NCBI GenBank assembly: GCA_965248535.1
Contig: CBDFJR010000005.1
Span: 2,048,001 to 2,112,000 of the forward strand
Direction: 5' to 3'
Origin: Phormidesmis sp.
Lineage (GTDB): Bacteria; Cyanobacteriota; Cyanobacteriia; Leptolyngbyales; Leptolyngbyaceae
DNA length: 64,000 nucleotides
This document shows positions 40,955 through 50,878 of the stretch, piece by piece. Under the pieces are notes generated by a model. The model had not been told where the DNA came from, did not search any database, and was given only the letters and a program-made list of their open reading frames with translations. Each line of letters opens with the position of its first letter. The stretch's first letter is position 1. The position numbers were made by a program, and so were the translations under genes.

Positions 40955-40958
40955 TCTT

Positions 40959-42530
40959 ATGACTTCTGTTGCGATCGACTTTGGCACCACTAACACCGTT
41001 GTCAGCATTCTCGAAGCCGATACCCAAACGCCCAAAACGATTCGCTTTCCTGCCATTTCAAGGCTGTTAAACGATGGAGAAATTCCCGTGATTCCGACGC
41101 TGATGTTTGTCAAAAGTGCGGAGCATATCGTGCTGGGTGAACAGGCGCGATATGCACAAAGCGCAACTCCGAAGGAACCGCAGCGTCTAGGCGCGTCTCA
41201 GCCCGATCGCTTGTTCAAAGCATTTAAGCGAGATTTAGCGGCTGATTTTCAACCGCCCGATCGTCAAATTGACGGACAATCCTACAGTGTTGAATGGGTG
41301 TCTGAGCAGTTTCTGCAAACTATTTGGCAACAGCTTCAGCAGCAGCAAATTCACCCCTCTCACGTTATTTTTACGGTTCCGATCGGGGCCTTTGAGCGCT
41401 ATCTAAACTGGTTTCGTCACATAGCAGCGCGACTCGACATGACTGACGTGCGACTTGTTGATGAAGCAACCGCAGCCGCTTTGGGCTATGCCGTGCAGCA
41501 TCCCGGCGCTCTCGTGTTGGTCGTTGACTTTGGCGGTGGCACCCTCGATCTGAGTCTAGTGCGAACCGTGGCGGGATCTGACGTGCAGCGTGCAGAAGTG
41601 TTGGCAAAAGCCGATGCCTACATCGGGGGTGAAGACATCGATCGGTGGATTGTCGAAGCTTATTTGCATCAGATTGGCTCCTCGTGGGCTGAGGTCGGCG
41701 CGATCGGCGCGCAAACCCTGCTAGAGATTGCCGAACGTCTCAAAGTCCGGTTATCCATCGTCGAGGAGGCAAAAGAAAGCTGGCTCGATGAATCTACATA
41801 CATGGCTCACGAACTGCATCTCACCCGATCGCAGCTAGAAGACATTCTCGAAGCCCGGCAGCTATTAGAACAGGTGCGACAATTGTTGGATGAAGTGCTG
41901 ACGATCGCCCACTCAAACGGCATTTCTAAAGCTGACATTGAGCAGGTGTTGTTGGTTGGCGGCAGTTGTTTGATCCCATCTGTGCAGCAACTGATCAGGT
42001 CTTATTTTGGGCGGCAGCGAGTCAAACTCGATAAACCGTTTGAGGCAGTTTGTCACGGTGCATTAGCGATCGGTGCTCTAGCGATCGCGGATTCTCTACG
42101 CCACAGCTACGCGATTCGTCTGTGGGAACCTTACGCCCGATCGTATTCCTATTTTTCGCTATTTGAGCACGGCGATCGCTATCCCTGTCAGCGATCGGAA
42201 CCGCTAATTTTGCAAGCCGCAATTGAGGGACAAACGGAACTTCGTCTCGACATTGGCGAGGTCGCAGTCATCACTCAATCAGAAGTGACATACGACAAAC
42301 AAGGCAGAATGACCAGTATACCGATGCGTCAACAAGAGACCTATCGATCGATCGAAAGCCAGCACAATCAAGTGTGTGTCGCTCACCTCAATCCGCCAGG
42401 ACAGGTGGGCAGCGATCGCATCTCAGTCCAGTTTGAAGTCACCGATCAGCGAGTGTTGACTGCAACAGTTCGGGATTTGTTGACGCAGCAAGTTTTGGTT
42501 GAGCGAGGCGCGATCGCTAAACTGCAATAA
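40959..42530 (+). CDS. Atypical Hsp70-family protein
   Basis: AIDFGTTNT, DEATAAALGY, VDFGGGTLD, GGEDID, LLVGGS; short non-DnaK C-terminus. Confidence 0.88.
   Translation: MTSVAIDFGTTNTVVSILEADTQTPKTIRFPAISRLLNDGEIPVIPTLMFVKSAEHIVLGEQARYAQSATPKEPQRLGASQPDRLFKAFKRDLAADFQPPDRQIDGQSYSVEWVSEQFLQTIWQQLQQQQIHPSHVIFTVPIGAFERYLNWFRHIAARLDMTDVRLVDEATAAALGYAVQHPGALVLVVDFGGGTLDLSLVRTVAGSDVQRAEVLAKADAYIGGEDIDRWIVEAYLHQIGSSWAEVGAIGAQTLLEIAERLKVRLSIVEEAKESWLDESTYMAHELHLTRSQLEDILEARQLLEQVRQLLDEVLTIAHSNGISKADIEQVLLVGGSCLIPSVQQLIRSYFGRQRVKLDKPFEAVCHGALAIGALAIADSLRHSYAIRLWEPYARSYSYFSLFEHGDRYPCQRSEPLILQAAIEGQTELRLDIGEVAVITQSEVTYDKQGRMTSIPMRQQETYRSIESQHNQVCVAHLNPPGQVGSDRISVQFEVTDQRVLTATVRDLLTQQVLVERGAIAKLQ
41152..41178. 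mobile_element. 27-bp SDR-like insertion in a HIP1 site
   Basis: GCGAT[ATGCACAAAGCGCAACTCCGAAGGAAC]CGC; removing it restores GCGATCGC in frame. Confidence 0.6.
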
Positions 42531-42540
42531 AAGATTGTTG

Positions 42541-42610
42541 GTTGTGTCCCAAATCGATTTTGCTGATGACTTAGCAGTGAAGGTCAGCAGCGATCGGTTT
42601 TAGGAGCAGC
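42541..42610. terminator. Imperfect ~70-bp hairpin after hsp70
   Basis: AAATCGATT-TTGCTGA / TCAGCAG-CGATCGGTTT arms. Confidence 0.4.
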
Positions 42611-42639
42611 AATTCATCACCATTTTTGATGAAAACTGA

Positions 42640-42720
42640 AGGGAGATACACGGAAAGTTCCGGGGTCTTCGCCCAAATTAGGGAGATATACAGAAAGTTT
42701 CCGTCTAATCAACAGTTAGC
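42640..42720 (+). other. Direct-repeat pair plus attI-like core
   Basis: AGGGAGATAYACRGAAAGTT at 42640 and 42680; CTAA-TCAACA-GTTAG at 42705-42719. Confidence 0.35.
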
Positions 42721-42949
42721 TGTCTTTCAGTCGTTGGTAAGGGAGTAGTTGAATATTATTTGTGAGATGATTGAGGTTAGCTTAACCTATCGCCTTTGAT
42801 AGAGCGTTGATCGGGCGTAAAACCCATGTGCCTTGCGCCTTGGGATGTAAGCCCGGTCGGTGACGAGTTGATAGCTTGGGTAGTGCCATTTAGGAAAGGA
42901 TAGGGAAAATAAGCTGGTTCTGTATGATCCTCTGTCGTCGTTGTTCATT

Positions 42950-43086
42950 AGACCTGTTGTGAAATAGCGTTCAAAATCGCTGAAACCTTTATGCTGTCTA
43001 GCTTCTAGAGCTTTTTCGGTAGATCGCTCGAAACGATTGCTCCGACTGGCTTCCAGGCACTTGTGATCTTATTTCGCAACAACTCT
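42950..43086. mobile_element. 137-bp MITE inside the IS1 transposase 3' end
   Basis: TIRs AGACCTGTTGTGAAATA / TATTTCGCAACAACTCT; ATT duplication at 42947-42949 and 43087-43089. Confidence 0.85.
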
Positions 43087-43791
43087 ATTGTAGTAGTGGA
43101 TAAAGTTCCAGATAGCCTTGATGTGATTGTTCAAGTTCTTCGAGAACGACAAGGTTTTGCGAACTAACCGAGAGACTCGTTGGCGTAAGGTATTGTTGAA
43201 TCGCTCAATGTAACTAGTCAGCCCACTGTCTTTGCCTACCGCTCGATGTCGCTGACGTGGGATCGCAACTGGGTAGGACACCCAGAAATCGCCATAACAG
43301 ACCGCACATTGCCGGTACACTGCTGGCAACGAGCGCCAAAGCGCTTTGGCGGATTCTCCTGATCGGTCGCCGATATAACAGCCGACGATCTCGCGCGTTT
43401 CGACATCCAAAGCTAGCCAGACCCACTGTTCGTTGCCTTTGTCATCCACAAATGACCACAACTCGTCCATCTGCACTGTCAGTCGTCGTCGAGACTTCGG
43501 TTGCACTTGCACTGGTTGAGGAACGCTCGCATAGTAGTCATTCACGTATTGCTGGAGCCAGCTTTCACTGATTTGCAAACTTCGAGCAATCCCAGCGAGC
43601 GGAATCTTTTCCAGAAGCATTCGATCAATCATCGATTTAGTTTCGTCACTGATCCGTCTCCACTTGGGATGTTCCACGAACTGTCGTCCACAGTCGCGAC
43701 ATTTATAGTTCTGATTCCCATGCCGAGTCGTACCGTTCTTGTTAATGTCATGGGAGCCACAGTTTGGACAGTGCAGCAGCGGTTTGATCAT
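43069..43791 (-). CDS. IS1 transposase (single InsAB ORF, C-terminus altered by the MITE)
   Basis: CPNC..KNG..CRDCGRQF, MDELWSFV, IERFNNTLRQR, RKTLSFSK. Confidence 0.92.
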   Translation of the reverse strand: MIKPLLHCPNCGSHDINKNGTTRHGNQNYKCRDCGRQFVEHPKWRRISDETKSMIDRMLLEKIPLAGIARSLQISESWLQQYVNDYYASVPQPVQVQPKSRRRLTVQMDELWSFVDDKGNEQWVWLALDVETREIVGCYIGDRSGESAKALWRSLPAVYRQCAVCYGDFWVSYPVAIPRQRHRAVGKDSGLTSYIERFNNTLRQRVSRLVRKTLSFSKNLNNHIKAIWNFIHYYNRVVAK

Positions 43792-43870
43792 CCGTATTGT
43801 CAGGAAAACAAGTCTACTTTTCTATTCTCGCTCGTTCTTTTTTCTACGTCCTTCCCTAAATGGCACTACC

Positions 43871-44078
43871 GAAAAGCGGAGGCGCGCAGTATGTGAGAAC
43901 GGCTCTATGGCGGTGGGTGAAAATGACGATCGTGATTGCCAAACGCCACGATACCCCAGAGCTTGAATACCTTCAGAAGCACTATGAAGAAGCCGAGGGA
44001 AAGCACAATCAGCGAGTTATGAAAGTAGCATCAAAAGCAAGTCGAATGCTTTACCGAGCGCTTCTCAAGTCACTATGA
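43871..44078 (+). pseudogene. Probable IS110 transposase C-terminal remnant
   Basis: KSGGAQYVRTALW...HY...KVASKASRMLYRAL*, cut at the IS1 end. Confidence 0.55.
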
Positions 44079-44303
44079 GACAAACAGGAATTCTATTCTG
44101 GAGAACTCTTTTTTAGAGTTTCTTGTAAGGAGTATTAAGAGGCGTGTCTGATTGTATAATTAGCTACATGTTGTTGACAGCCAAATGCTCTGAACTCTTA
44201 TTAACTAGTCAGAGATGCAGAAGACAACGATCGGGCTTGACTTTGCCGATGAGACAATTACAAGCTAGCTCGAACCTCTATCCAAAGACATAGGCATTTC
44301 TTA

Positions 44304-44321
44304 TTTACAAAAATTAACACG
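44304..44321. promoter_or_regulatory. HLR1-like site upstream of hli
   Basis: TTTACAAA-AA-TTAACACG. Confidence 0.42.
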
Positions 44322-44493
44322 GCGGTCGCTGGGATCAGGTTCCCTAGCGGTTTTGATGACAGTGCTTGCGTCAAAAGGTATGCGCTAGTTAGTCAGGAAT
44401 AGTCAAAGAGGTTAATCCCATTGGGGGAAAGCAGCGATCGAGGGTTTAGATAACATGTGAAGCATGGTCAAGAACACATCTGGAGCTACTAAC

Positions 44494-44697
44494 ATGGAAA
44501 CTCGTAAAAGCACCGATTTACCTCCTGTCGCAACTGCTTATAACGGCAAAGACCGCAACTCGTTTCTGTTTGGCTGGAACCCTCAGGCTGAACTGTGGAA
44601 CGGTCGTTTTGCAATGATTGGTTTCACGGCCTACTTGCTGTGGGATCTAGCTGGATACAGCGTAGTACGCGATGTTCTCCACTTCGTTGGATATTAG
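44494..44697 (+). CDS. High-light-inducible protein (Hlip)
   Basis: FGWNPQAELWNGRFAMIGF. Confidence 0.93.
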   Translation: METRKSTDLPPVATAYNGKDRNSFLFGWNPQAELWNGRFAMIGFTAYLLWDLAGYSVVRDVLHFVGY

Positions 44698-44732
44698 TCT
44701 ATAGACTGATTGGAGAATCTGTTAAATAGCCG

Positions 44733-44769
44733 TTAAAAGCCCTGGCAGCCATGCGCTGCTGGGGTTTAA
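44733..44769. terminator. Bidirectional terminator-like hairpin
   Basis: AAGCCCTGGCAGC-CATGC-GCTGCTGGGGTTT between convergent genes. Confidence 0.6.
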
Positions 44770-44906
44770 CTTTGTGAGAGTTTTTTGTTTGCGTTGAGCG
44801 TCTAATATCTTGTTAAAAGATAGATTTAAACAGTGAGAGACAGCCATGACCAACCATGACTGTCTCCTACTCATCTATCGAATCTCAGTGCTATTCACGT
44901 ATTGAT

Positions 44907-45308
44907 TTACGCAGGAAGCAACACTGCATCAATGATGTGGATAACGCCATTATCAGCAGCAACATCAGGGGTAACAACCGTAGAATCGTTCACCTTGACA
45001 CCATTGGAGGCATCAATTTTTACCTCTGAACCTTCAACGGTTTTGGCTGATTTCAGCTTGACCACATCAGCCGCCATCACCTTGCCTGAGACAACGTGGT
45101 AGGTCAGGATTTTCTTAAGCTTAGGCAGATCTTGAAGCAATGCTTCAACAGTCCCCGCGGGGAGTTTGGCAAATGCTTCGTCGGTGGGCGCAAAAACGGT
45201 GAAGGGGCCTGCGCCCTTGAGCGTGTCTACTAGCCCAGCAGCCTTAATTGCAGTAACTAGGGTGCTGAAAGAACCAGCGTTAACGGCAGTCTCAATGATG
45301 TCAGCCAT
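44907..45308 (-). CDS. Fasciclin (FAS1) domain protein
   Basis: [33 protein letters not shown]. Confidence 0.95.
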   Translation of the reverse strand: MADIIETAVNAGSFSTLVTAIKAAGLVDTLKGAGPFTVFAPTDEAFAKLPAGTVEALLQDLPKLKKILTYHVVSGKVMAADVVKLKSAKTVEGSEVKIDASNGVKVNDSTVVTPDVAADNGVIHIIDAVLLPA

Positions 45309-45355
45309 GGGTGTTCCTAGTTTGTTTTGTGTATGCCGCTACAATCTAGCATGGT

Positions 45356-45373
45356 TTAACAAAAATTTACATC
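45356..45373. promoter_or_regulatory. HLR1-like site upstream of the fasciclin gene
   Basis: TTAACAAA-AA-TTTACATC. Confidence 0.42.
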
Positions 45374-45615
45374 AACCAAATTATCTACTTGAAATTGCCA
45401 ATTCGCATGAGTTTGATGAAATTTCTGGCGGCGATCGTCTATCCAGAGCGCATCCAATTCAAGGCAACTGAAGAACGTACCGGACTGAATGTTCTGATGA
45501 GACAGATTCGATAGGGTTCTGAGATCTGACTCAATGCTTAGACTGTGGCTGAACTATTGCTAAAGTAAGTTACATTTTGAGCGTTGAAGTATCAACTTTA
45601 ATCTCCATAAACTTG

Positions 45616-46863
45616 ATGAAAGCACTACTCCGCACTGTTTTGACTCTAGGGATTTTGATGCTGCCTGCTCACGGGACGGCGGCTCAATCCCCTGCCCCTT
45701 CATCACCTCAGCCGACTCTGGCACCTCAACAGCGAGAAGAAGTGCAAAGGCTGATTGAGCAAGCGACTGATAAAAACAATCAGATGAGCGATCGGGTGCA
45801 GCAATCCGTCAACAACACCTTTGGCTGGACAACAGGATTGCTCAACTCACTGATTGCAGTTTTAGTTGCAATGCCCGTGTTGACGGTGATCGCAGCGCTA
45901 ATATTACGCAATAGCATTCGCGGCCAACTGATTTCTGAGATTAAGAAACAATTGGAAGTAGAAACGGAAAAAGAGGTAAAAGAACAATTAAAAGTGCAAG
46001 TGACTGAAGAATTGCAAAAACAGGTCGAAGATTTTAAGCAATATTTAGAAACTTTAAAATCAGACTTTGTAAAGCAACTGCAAGACCTAGTTTTAACCGC
46101 ACAAACCGAGAAAGAGGTCATTTTTCTAGAATTGTCTAAAATCACGCCATCGATTATTCAAGAGGAGTTTGTTGCGCCCGAAGTGCATCAAAAAATTCAA
46201 GAGCTGACGAAACAGCTTGAGTTTTTAACTTCCCTTAATCCTCAGTTAGCTTTGACAGCTAATGATTATCTAAAACAGGCAGATGCTCTTTATTTTGAGA
46301 GTCGATATGACGACGCTTTAGAGTCTTATGAAAAGGCACTGCAAATTCAACCCGCTATGATCGCGGCATGGTTAGGAAAAGCTAAAATTTTGAGGCGCGT
46401 GAAGCGCTACGATGAGGCACTTTTTGCCAACCAAAAAGTTTTAGAAATTCAGCCTGATCACTCTAAAGGCATCTTTGGGTTGGGCTACACTCTCAGAGAT
46501 ATGGGGCGTTATGAAGAAGCGATCGCGGCTTTTGATCAGTCGCTAAAAATTCAGCCCAATAGTCATCACAACTGGAAGCATCGGGGCTATTCGCTCACTA
46601 AGCTAGGTCGTTATGACGAAGCATATAGCTCGTTTGAAAAGGCCTTAAAGCTGAAGCCAAACTCTGGAGGGACTTACTACAATCGCGCTTTTTACTATCT
46701 TTCTCTAGACGATGTAGATGCTGCAATCTTAGATTTGCAGAAAGCGATCGGGTCGTCGTCTTACTATATAAGACTGAGAGAGGTTGCAAAAACCGATCCC
46801 GATTTTGACCCGATTCGAGAGGACGATCGCTTCAAAAAACTGATAGGAATTCAGTCCCTATAA
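45616..46863 (+). CDS. Membrane-anchored coiled-coil TPR protein
   Basis: Signal peptide, TM helix, coiled coil, ~5 TPRs, [16 protein letters not shown] cap. Confidence 0.82.
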   Translation: MKALLRTVLTLGILMLPAHGTAAQSPAPSSPQPTLAPQQREEVQRLIEQATDKNNQMSDRVQQSVNNTFGWTTGLLNSLIAVLVAMPVLTVIAALILRNSIRGQLISEIKKQLEVETEKEVKEQLKVQVTEELQKQVEDFKQYLETLKSDFVKQLQDLVLTAQTEKEVIFLELSKITPSIIQEEFVAPEVHQKIQELTKQLEFLTSLNPQLALTANDYLKQADALYFESRYDDALESYEKALQIQPAMIAAWLGKAKILRRVKRYDEALFANQKVLEIQPDHSKGIFGLGYTLRDMGRYEEAIAAFDQSLKIQPNSHHNWKHRGYSLTKLGRYDEAYSSFEKALKLKPNSGGTYYNRAFYYLSLDDVDAAILDLQKAIGSSSYYIRLREVAKTDPDFDPIREDDRFKKLIGIQSL

Positions 46864-47730
46864 ATATTTCTTCAATAATAGACCTAGCCGTTTTTTAGCA
46901 GCATCAGAAACTTTATCCATCGGCGTGAGAATGGCATATTTTAATGCAGAATGAGCTTCAGAAGTGGGCGGATTTTCGGTTAACCGCCGCACTGTTTCTT
47001 GAATGACTTTCTGGGCATTGACAGCGTTGCGTTGCAGATTTCCGATCACCATCTCCACCGTTACATTGTCGTGGTCAGAATGCCAACAGTCATAATCAGT
47101 TACTAGCGCCAGCGTTGCATAAGCAATTTCGGCCTCTCTCGCCAGTTTTGCTTCAGGGAGATTAGTCATGCCGATAATCGTGGCACTCCAACTGCGGTGC
47201 AAGTTTGATTCTGCCTTCGTCGAAAACGCCGGCCCTTCCATGCAAACATAAGTGCCACCTCGATGCAGTGCCACGTCTGCCAGGTTGAGACTCTCAACCG
47301 AGTCGCCCAGCACCTTCGCCAAGTTGAGACAAATGGGATCGCCAAAGGCAACGTGCGCCACAATGCCATCGCCAAAAAATGTGGAAATGCGATTTTTGGT
47401 ACGATCGATAAACTGATCGGGCACGACCATATCCAACGGTTTCGCCTCTTCTTTAAGCGAACCCACTGCCGAGGCTGAGATCAGATATTCTACGCCCAAA
47501 CTTTTCATCGCGTAGACATTAGCTCGGAAGGGCAACTCAGAGGGCAGCAAATGGTGATTTCGCCCATGTCGGGCTAAAAATGCGACTCGCGTTCCATCGA
47601 GGGTGCCGACGATCAGGGCATCTGATGGCGACCCAAAAGGGGTTTCAACCTGCACTTCTTCTACGTCTTTTAGCGCCTCCATTTTATAAAGTCCGCTGCC
47701 GCCGATAATGCCGATTTTTGCTTGAGCCAT
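46858..47730 (-). CDS. mtnP: S-methyl-5'-thioadenosine phosphorylase
   Basis: [49 protein letters not shown]. Confidence 0.95.
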   Translation of the reverse strand: MAQAKIGIIGGSGLYKMEALKDVEEVQVETPFGSPSDALIVGTLDGTRVAFLARHGRNHHLLPSELPFRANVYAMKSLGVEYLISASAVGSLKEEAKPLDMVVPDQFIDRTKNRISTFFGDGIVAHVAFGDPICLNLAKVLGDSVESLNLADVALHRGGTYVCMEGPAFSTKAESNLHRSWSATIIGMTNLPEAKLAREAEIAYATLALVTDYDCWHSDHDNVTVEMVIGNLQRNAVNAQKVIQETVRRLTENPPTSEAHSALKYAILTPMDKVSDAAKKRLGLLLKKYL

Positions 47731-48039
47731 GAGTAGGAAGGGTGAGAAAGTCGATTCGGAACTTATTCTACTGTGTTTCGCTGCGAGTGGTCTATCGTGG
47801 GAAGGGCGAGCCAATCACCACACGACTTCAAGAAACTGTAGAGCAAAATCCAGAACAATGGAGACAGGCATCTCAAAGCGGTTGACAGGGGCACAAGGCG
47901 CTGCACCCGATCGCCAAAGTTAAATTTCAGATCCGATCGCCCTGTTCAACAGAGGCATCGGGTTCCGGTTTTGATTCGGATGTACAAACCTTTGAAATTA
48001 ATGTACCTGCTAAGATGGGCATTACGTGGAGTGACTGGA

Positions 48040-48216
48040 ATGCCTACTGCTGCTCAATTGGAGAGTTTATATTTCGTTGGCTATCAGTTGACATACACAA
48101 TGTTTCAGCCGATTCACCTGATTTGCGTTGATAAACGGACTCAAAACGTGTATGTCATAGCTGGATACAATGAGGGACTTGAGTTTCAGATCTTGCCAAA
48201 TGGGGAGGTGTTTTGA
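48040..48216 (+). CDS. DUF6888-like small protein
   Basis: MPTAAQL...FQPIHLICVDKRTQNVYVIAG...I.PNG. Confidence 0.65.
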   Translation: MPTAAQLESLYFVGYQLTYTMFQPIHLICVDKRTQNVYVIAGYNEGLEFQILPNGEVF

Positions 48217-48425
48217 TGAGCCAAGTTAACTACGATGCAATGTCTGATACAGAATTAAAGCAGTACTTTCTGAAAAATCGCCACGATCAAGCTGCTCTTG
48301 AGGCGTATTTGGACAGGCTGAATCAACGACCACGATTAATCATTGCAAGTCCAGGAGATCCCGATTTCAACGAAAAAATTCAAGCCGCAATTCGTCAAAA
48401 GCTGAAAGCATTGGAAGGCCATTAA
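48216..48425 (+). CDS. DUF6887-like small protein
   Basis: NYDAMSDTELKQYFLKNRHDQAAL; start overlaps the upstream stop. Confidence 0.65.
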   Translation: MSQVNYDAMSDTELKQYFLKNRHDQAALEAYLDRLNQRPRLIIASPGDPDFNEKIQAAIRQKLKALEGH

Positions 48426-48910
48426 TCCAGCTTTGACGGAGTGCTATCTTGATGTTTCAACAACCAAACCCCGGTGTAAGTCATTCCTGAATCGTCGGGC
48501 TGCACCAGCAGGAAATGTAGACCTTTGCTAACTTGTTTGCGCTGCTCGTAGAGTTGGGCTGCCGATCGCACTTCAGGATCATCAAAGGTTGCAACAATCC
48601 AGCGATCGACCTCCCCGGCTTCTAAAATCAGCCCATCGGGTGCCCCCGCGATCGCATTCAGCGAAATCGGACACGCCGCTTGCAGCCATCGAGCCAATTG
48701 CAGCGATCGCCGCCCCCCATCAATCACTACCCCTGGCACTGCCACGTCTGAGGCGAGTCCTAGTTTGATAGGCGTGAGATCATCAGGCATTTCGACAATG
48801 GGAATCAGCCGTCCTGCAAAGGCTTCAGAAAGCTCGATCGCGGATAAGGCCGCAAATCGCCAGCGCTCACCCCAAAGATTTTCGGGCAACGGTTGAGGAG
48901 GATTTTTCAT
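48422..48910 (-). CDS. Tab2/Atab2-like protein, C-terminal domain only
   Basis: PQPLPENLWGERWRF, PGVVIDGGRRS, GLHFLLVQPDDSGMTYTG. Confidence 0.75.
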   Translation of the reverse strand: MKNPPQPLPENLWGERWRFAALSAIELSEAFAGRLIPIVEMPDDLTPIKLGLASDVAVPGVVIDGGRRSLQLARWLQAACPISLNAIAGAPDGLILEAGEVDRWIVATFDDPEVRSAAQLYEQRKQVSKGLHFLLVQPDDSGMTYTGVWLLKHQDSTPSKLD

Positions 48911-48968
48911 AAAATTGGGTCAGAACTGAGCCAGCGTGCAAACAGACTCGATAACGCTACTTCACACT

Positions 48969-49223
48969 TTACTCTTCTGGGGTGTCGTCGTTCTGCTGCA
49001 AGCTGCGTTCTAAATAGAGATTGATGAAATCTTCAGCAGCCGAATCGTCAATTTTCTCCAAAGCTTTAATCACCTCAGTCACCGCTTCGGCAAGGGGATC
49101 GCTGATTTCATTAACCCATTGGTGAACGGTTGAACGGTTGATGCCCATCGTCACCGCCAATCGATTCTGGCTAATGTTGTAGGTAGTCAGCACTTGTCTA
49201 AGCGCTTTTCCTGCTTTTCCCAT
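48969..49223 (-). CDS. XRE-family HTH protein
   Basis: ISQNRLAVTMGINRSTVHQWVNE. Confidence 0.85.
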   Translation of the reverse strand: MGKAGKALRQVLTTYNISQNRLAVTMGINRSTVHQWVNEISDPLAEAVTEVIKALEKIDDSAAEDFINLYLERSLQQNDDTPEE

Positions 49224-49480
49224 AGTCTCGATCGTGTCAGATGCTCGTGGCAAAATAAAGGGTTGTCGCGATTAATATTCTTATCTATTGACAGAAAGTT
49301 AGAGGCGATGCGAATGGATCAGTGCCAGATCAAATCATTCGATACTTCGTCTCGGTCAGCAAGATGTTTGGAATCTTTACCCCTGAAAACTCACGCTAAA
49401 TAGGCTTTAGAATTGGAGAAAATGTTCAGGTTATAAAGCCCAACAACGCTGGTCGCTTGTTCAACAAGTGTATTGATAGT

Positions 49481-50689
49481 ATGGTTTCCATTTTTGCAAA
49501 TCCGTCTGCGATCGACTCTTCTCGAATTCGTCCAGAGATTCAGGCGCTGCACGCTCAGTTAGTTGCGTGGCGCAGACAGTTGCATCAACATCCTGAACTG
49601 GGGTTTTGTGAGCAGCTAACTTCAGAATTTGTGGCTCAAAAACTTCAAGAATGGGGCATTGAGCATCAGACTCACATCGCTAAAACTGGGGTCGTGGCAA
49701 TCATTCAAGGCAACCGTCCCGGAAAGGTTTTAGCCATTCGGGCTGATATGGATGCGCTGCCCATTCAAGAAGAAAACGAGGTGCCCTATAAGTCACAGCA
49801 CAACGGACTGATGCACGCCTGCGGTCACGATGGACACACGGCGATCGCCCTAGGCACGGCGGCTTATTTGTCACAGCATCGTGACTTTGCTGGCACCGTT
49901 AAACTTATTTTTCAACCTGCCGAAGAAGGCCCAGGCGGAGCTTTGCCAATGGTTGAGGCTGGGGTGCTCAAAAATCCTGATGTCGATGCCATCATTGGGC
50001 TGCACTTGTGGAATCAGTTTCCGTTGGGCCTGGCGGGCATTCGATCGGGGGCGTTGATGGCGGCCGTCGAGACGTTTAGCTGCACTATTTTTGGCAAGGG
50101 TGGCCACGGTGCCATTCCGCAACAAACGATCGACTCGATCGTGGTAGCCTCGCAGGTGGTGAATGCGCTGCAAACGATCGTGGCGCGAAACATCGACCCG
50201 ATCGAGTCTGCGGTGGTGACGATCGGAGAATTTCATGCCGGAACGGCCTGCAACGTGATCGCGGATACGGCTCGGCTCAAGGGCACGGTTCGTTATTTCA
50301 ACCCAAAGTATGGCGATTATTTTGCCCCACGCCTTGAGCAAGTGATCGCCGGAATCTGCCAAAGCCACGGGGCCCGCTATGAGTTGAGCTATGAAAAGCT
50401 CTATCCGCCCGTGATTAACGATGGTGAGATCGCTGATTTAGTCCGATCGGTGGCTGCAACCGTGATTGAGTCGCCGTTAGGAATCGTTCCCAATTGTCAA
50501 ACGATGGGCGGTGAAGATATGTCATTTTTTCTACAGGCGATTCCGGGCTGTTATTTCTTTTTGGGGTCTGCTAACGCTGAGAAAGGATTAGACTATCCTC
50601 ACCATCATCCTCGATTTGATTTTGACGAAGCGGCCCTCAGCATCGGGGTTGAACTCTTTGTGCGCTGTGTCGAAAAGTTTTGCCAATAG
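49481..50689 (+). CDS. M20D amidohydrolase
   Basis: RADMDALP, MHACGHDGH, FQPAEEG, GGEDMS, HHHPRF. Confidence 0.93.
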   Translation: MVSIFANPSAIDSSRIRPEIQALHAQLVAWRRQLHQHPELGFCEQLTSEFVAQKLQEWGIEHQTHIAKTGVVAIIQGNRPGKVLAIRADMDALPIQEENEVPYKSQHNGLMHACGHDGHTAIALGTAAYLSQHRDFAGTVKLIFQPAEEGPGGALPMVEAGVLKNPDVDAIIGLHLWNQFPLGLAGIRSGALMAAVETFSCTIFGKGGHGAIPQQTIDSIVVASQVVNALQTIVARNIDPIESAVVTIGEFHAGTACNVIADTARLKGTVRYFNPKYGDYFAPRLEQVIAGICQSHGARYELSYEKLYPPVINDGEIADLVRSVAATVIESPLGIVPNCQTMGGEDMSFFLQAIPGCYFFLGSANAEKGLDYPHHHPRFDFDEAALSIGVELFVRCVEKFCQ

Positions 50690-50878
50690 TTCACCCTTAA
50701 CCTGCCAAAGCGGTTGCTCTGGGACTCTCGTTGATTTCACCCACGATCGGACGCAAATCCTGACCCGTTTGTAGTGAATCTGGTGGATCAGTCGAAAATT
50801 TACAGGTGGAAAAGTTTTCTAATTGGTCAATTCTAACCATGAGACTTGAGACACTGTTTTGCCTGAGAGAAACTAGTT

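Larger units (their letters stand above)
42879..43870 (-). mobile_element. IS1-family element
   Basis: 22-bp IRs GGTAGTGCCATTTAGG(A/G)AAGGA, 21/22 match (42879-42900, 43849-43870). Confidence 0.93.

Noticed and set aside
40824..40958. Extended hsp70 N-terminus in the ORF track
   Set aside because: Overlaps the GrpE-like gene; the Hsp70 motif starts at ATG 40959.
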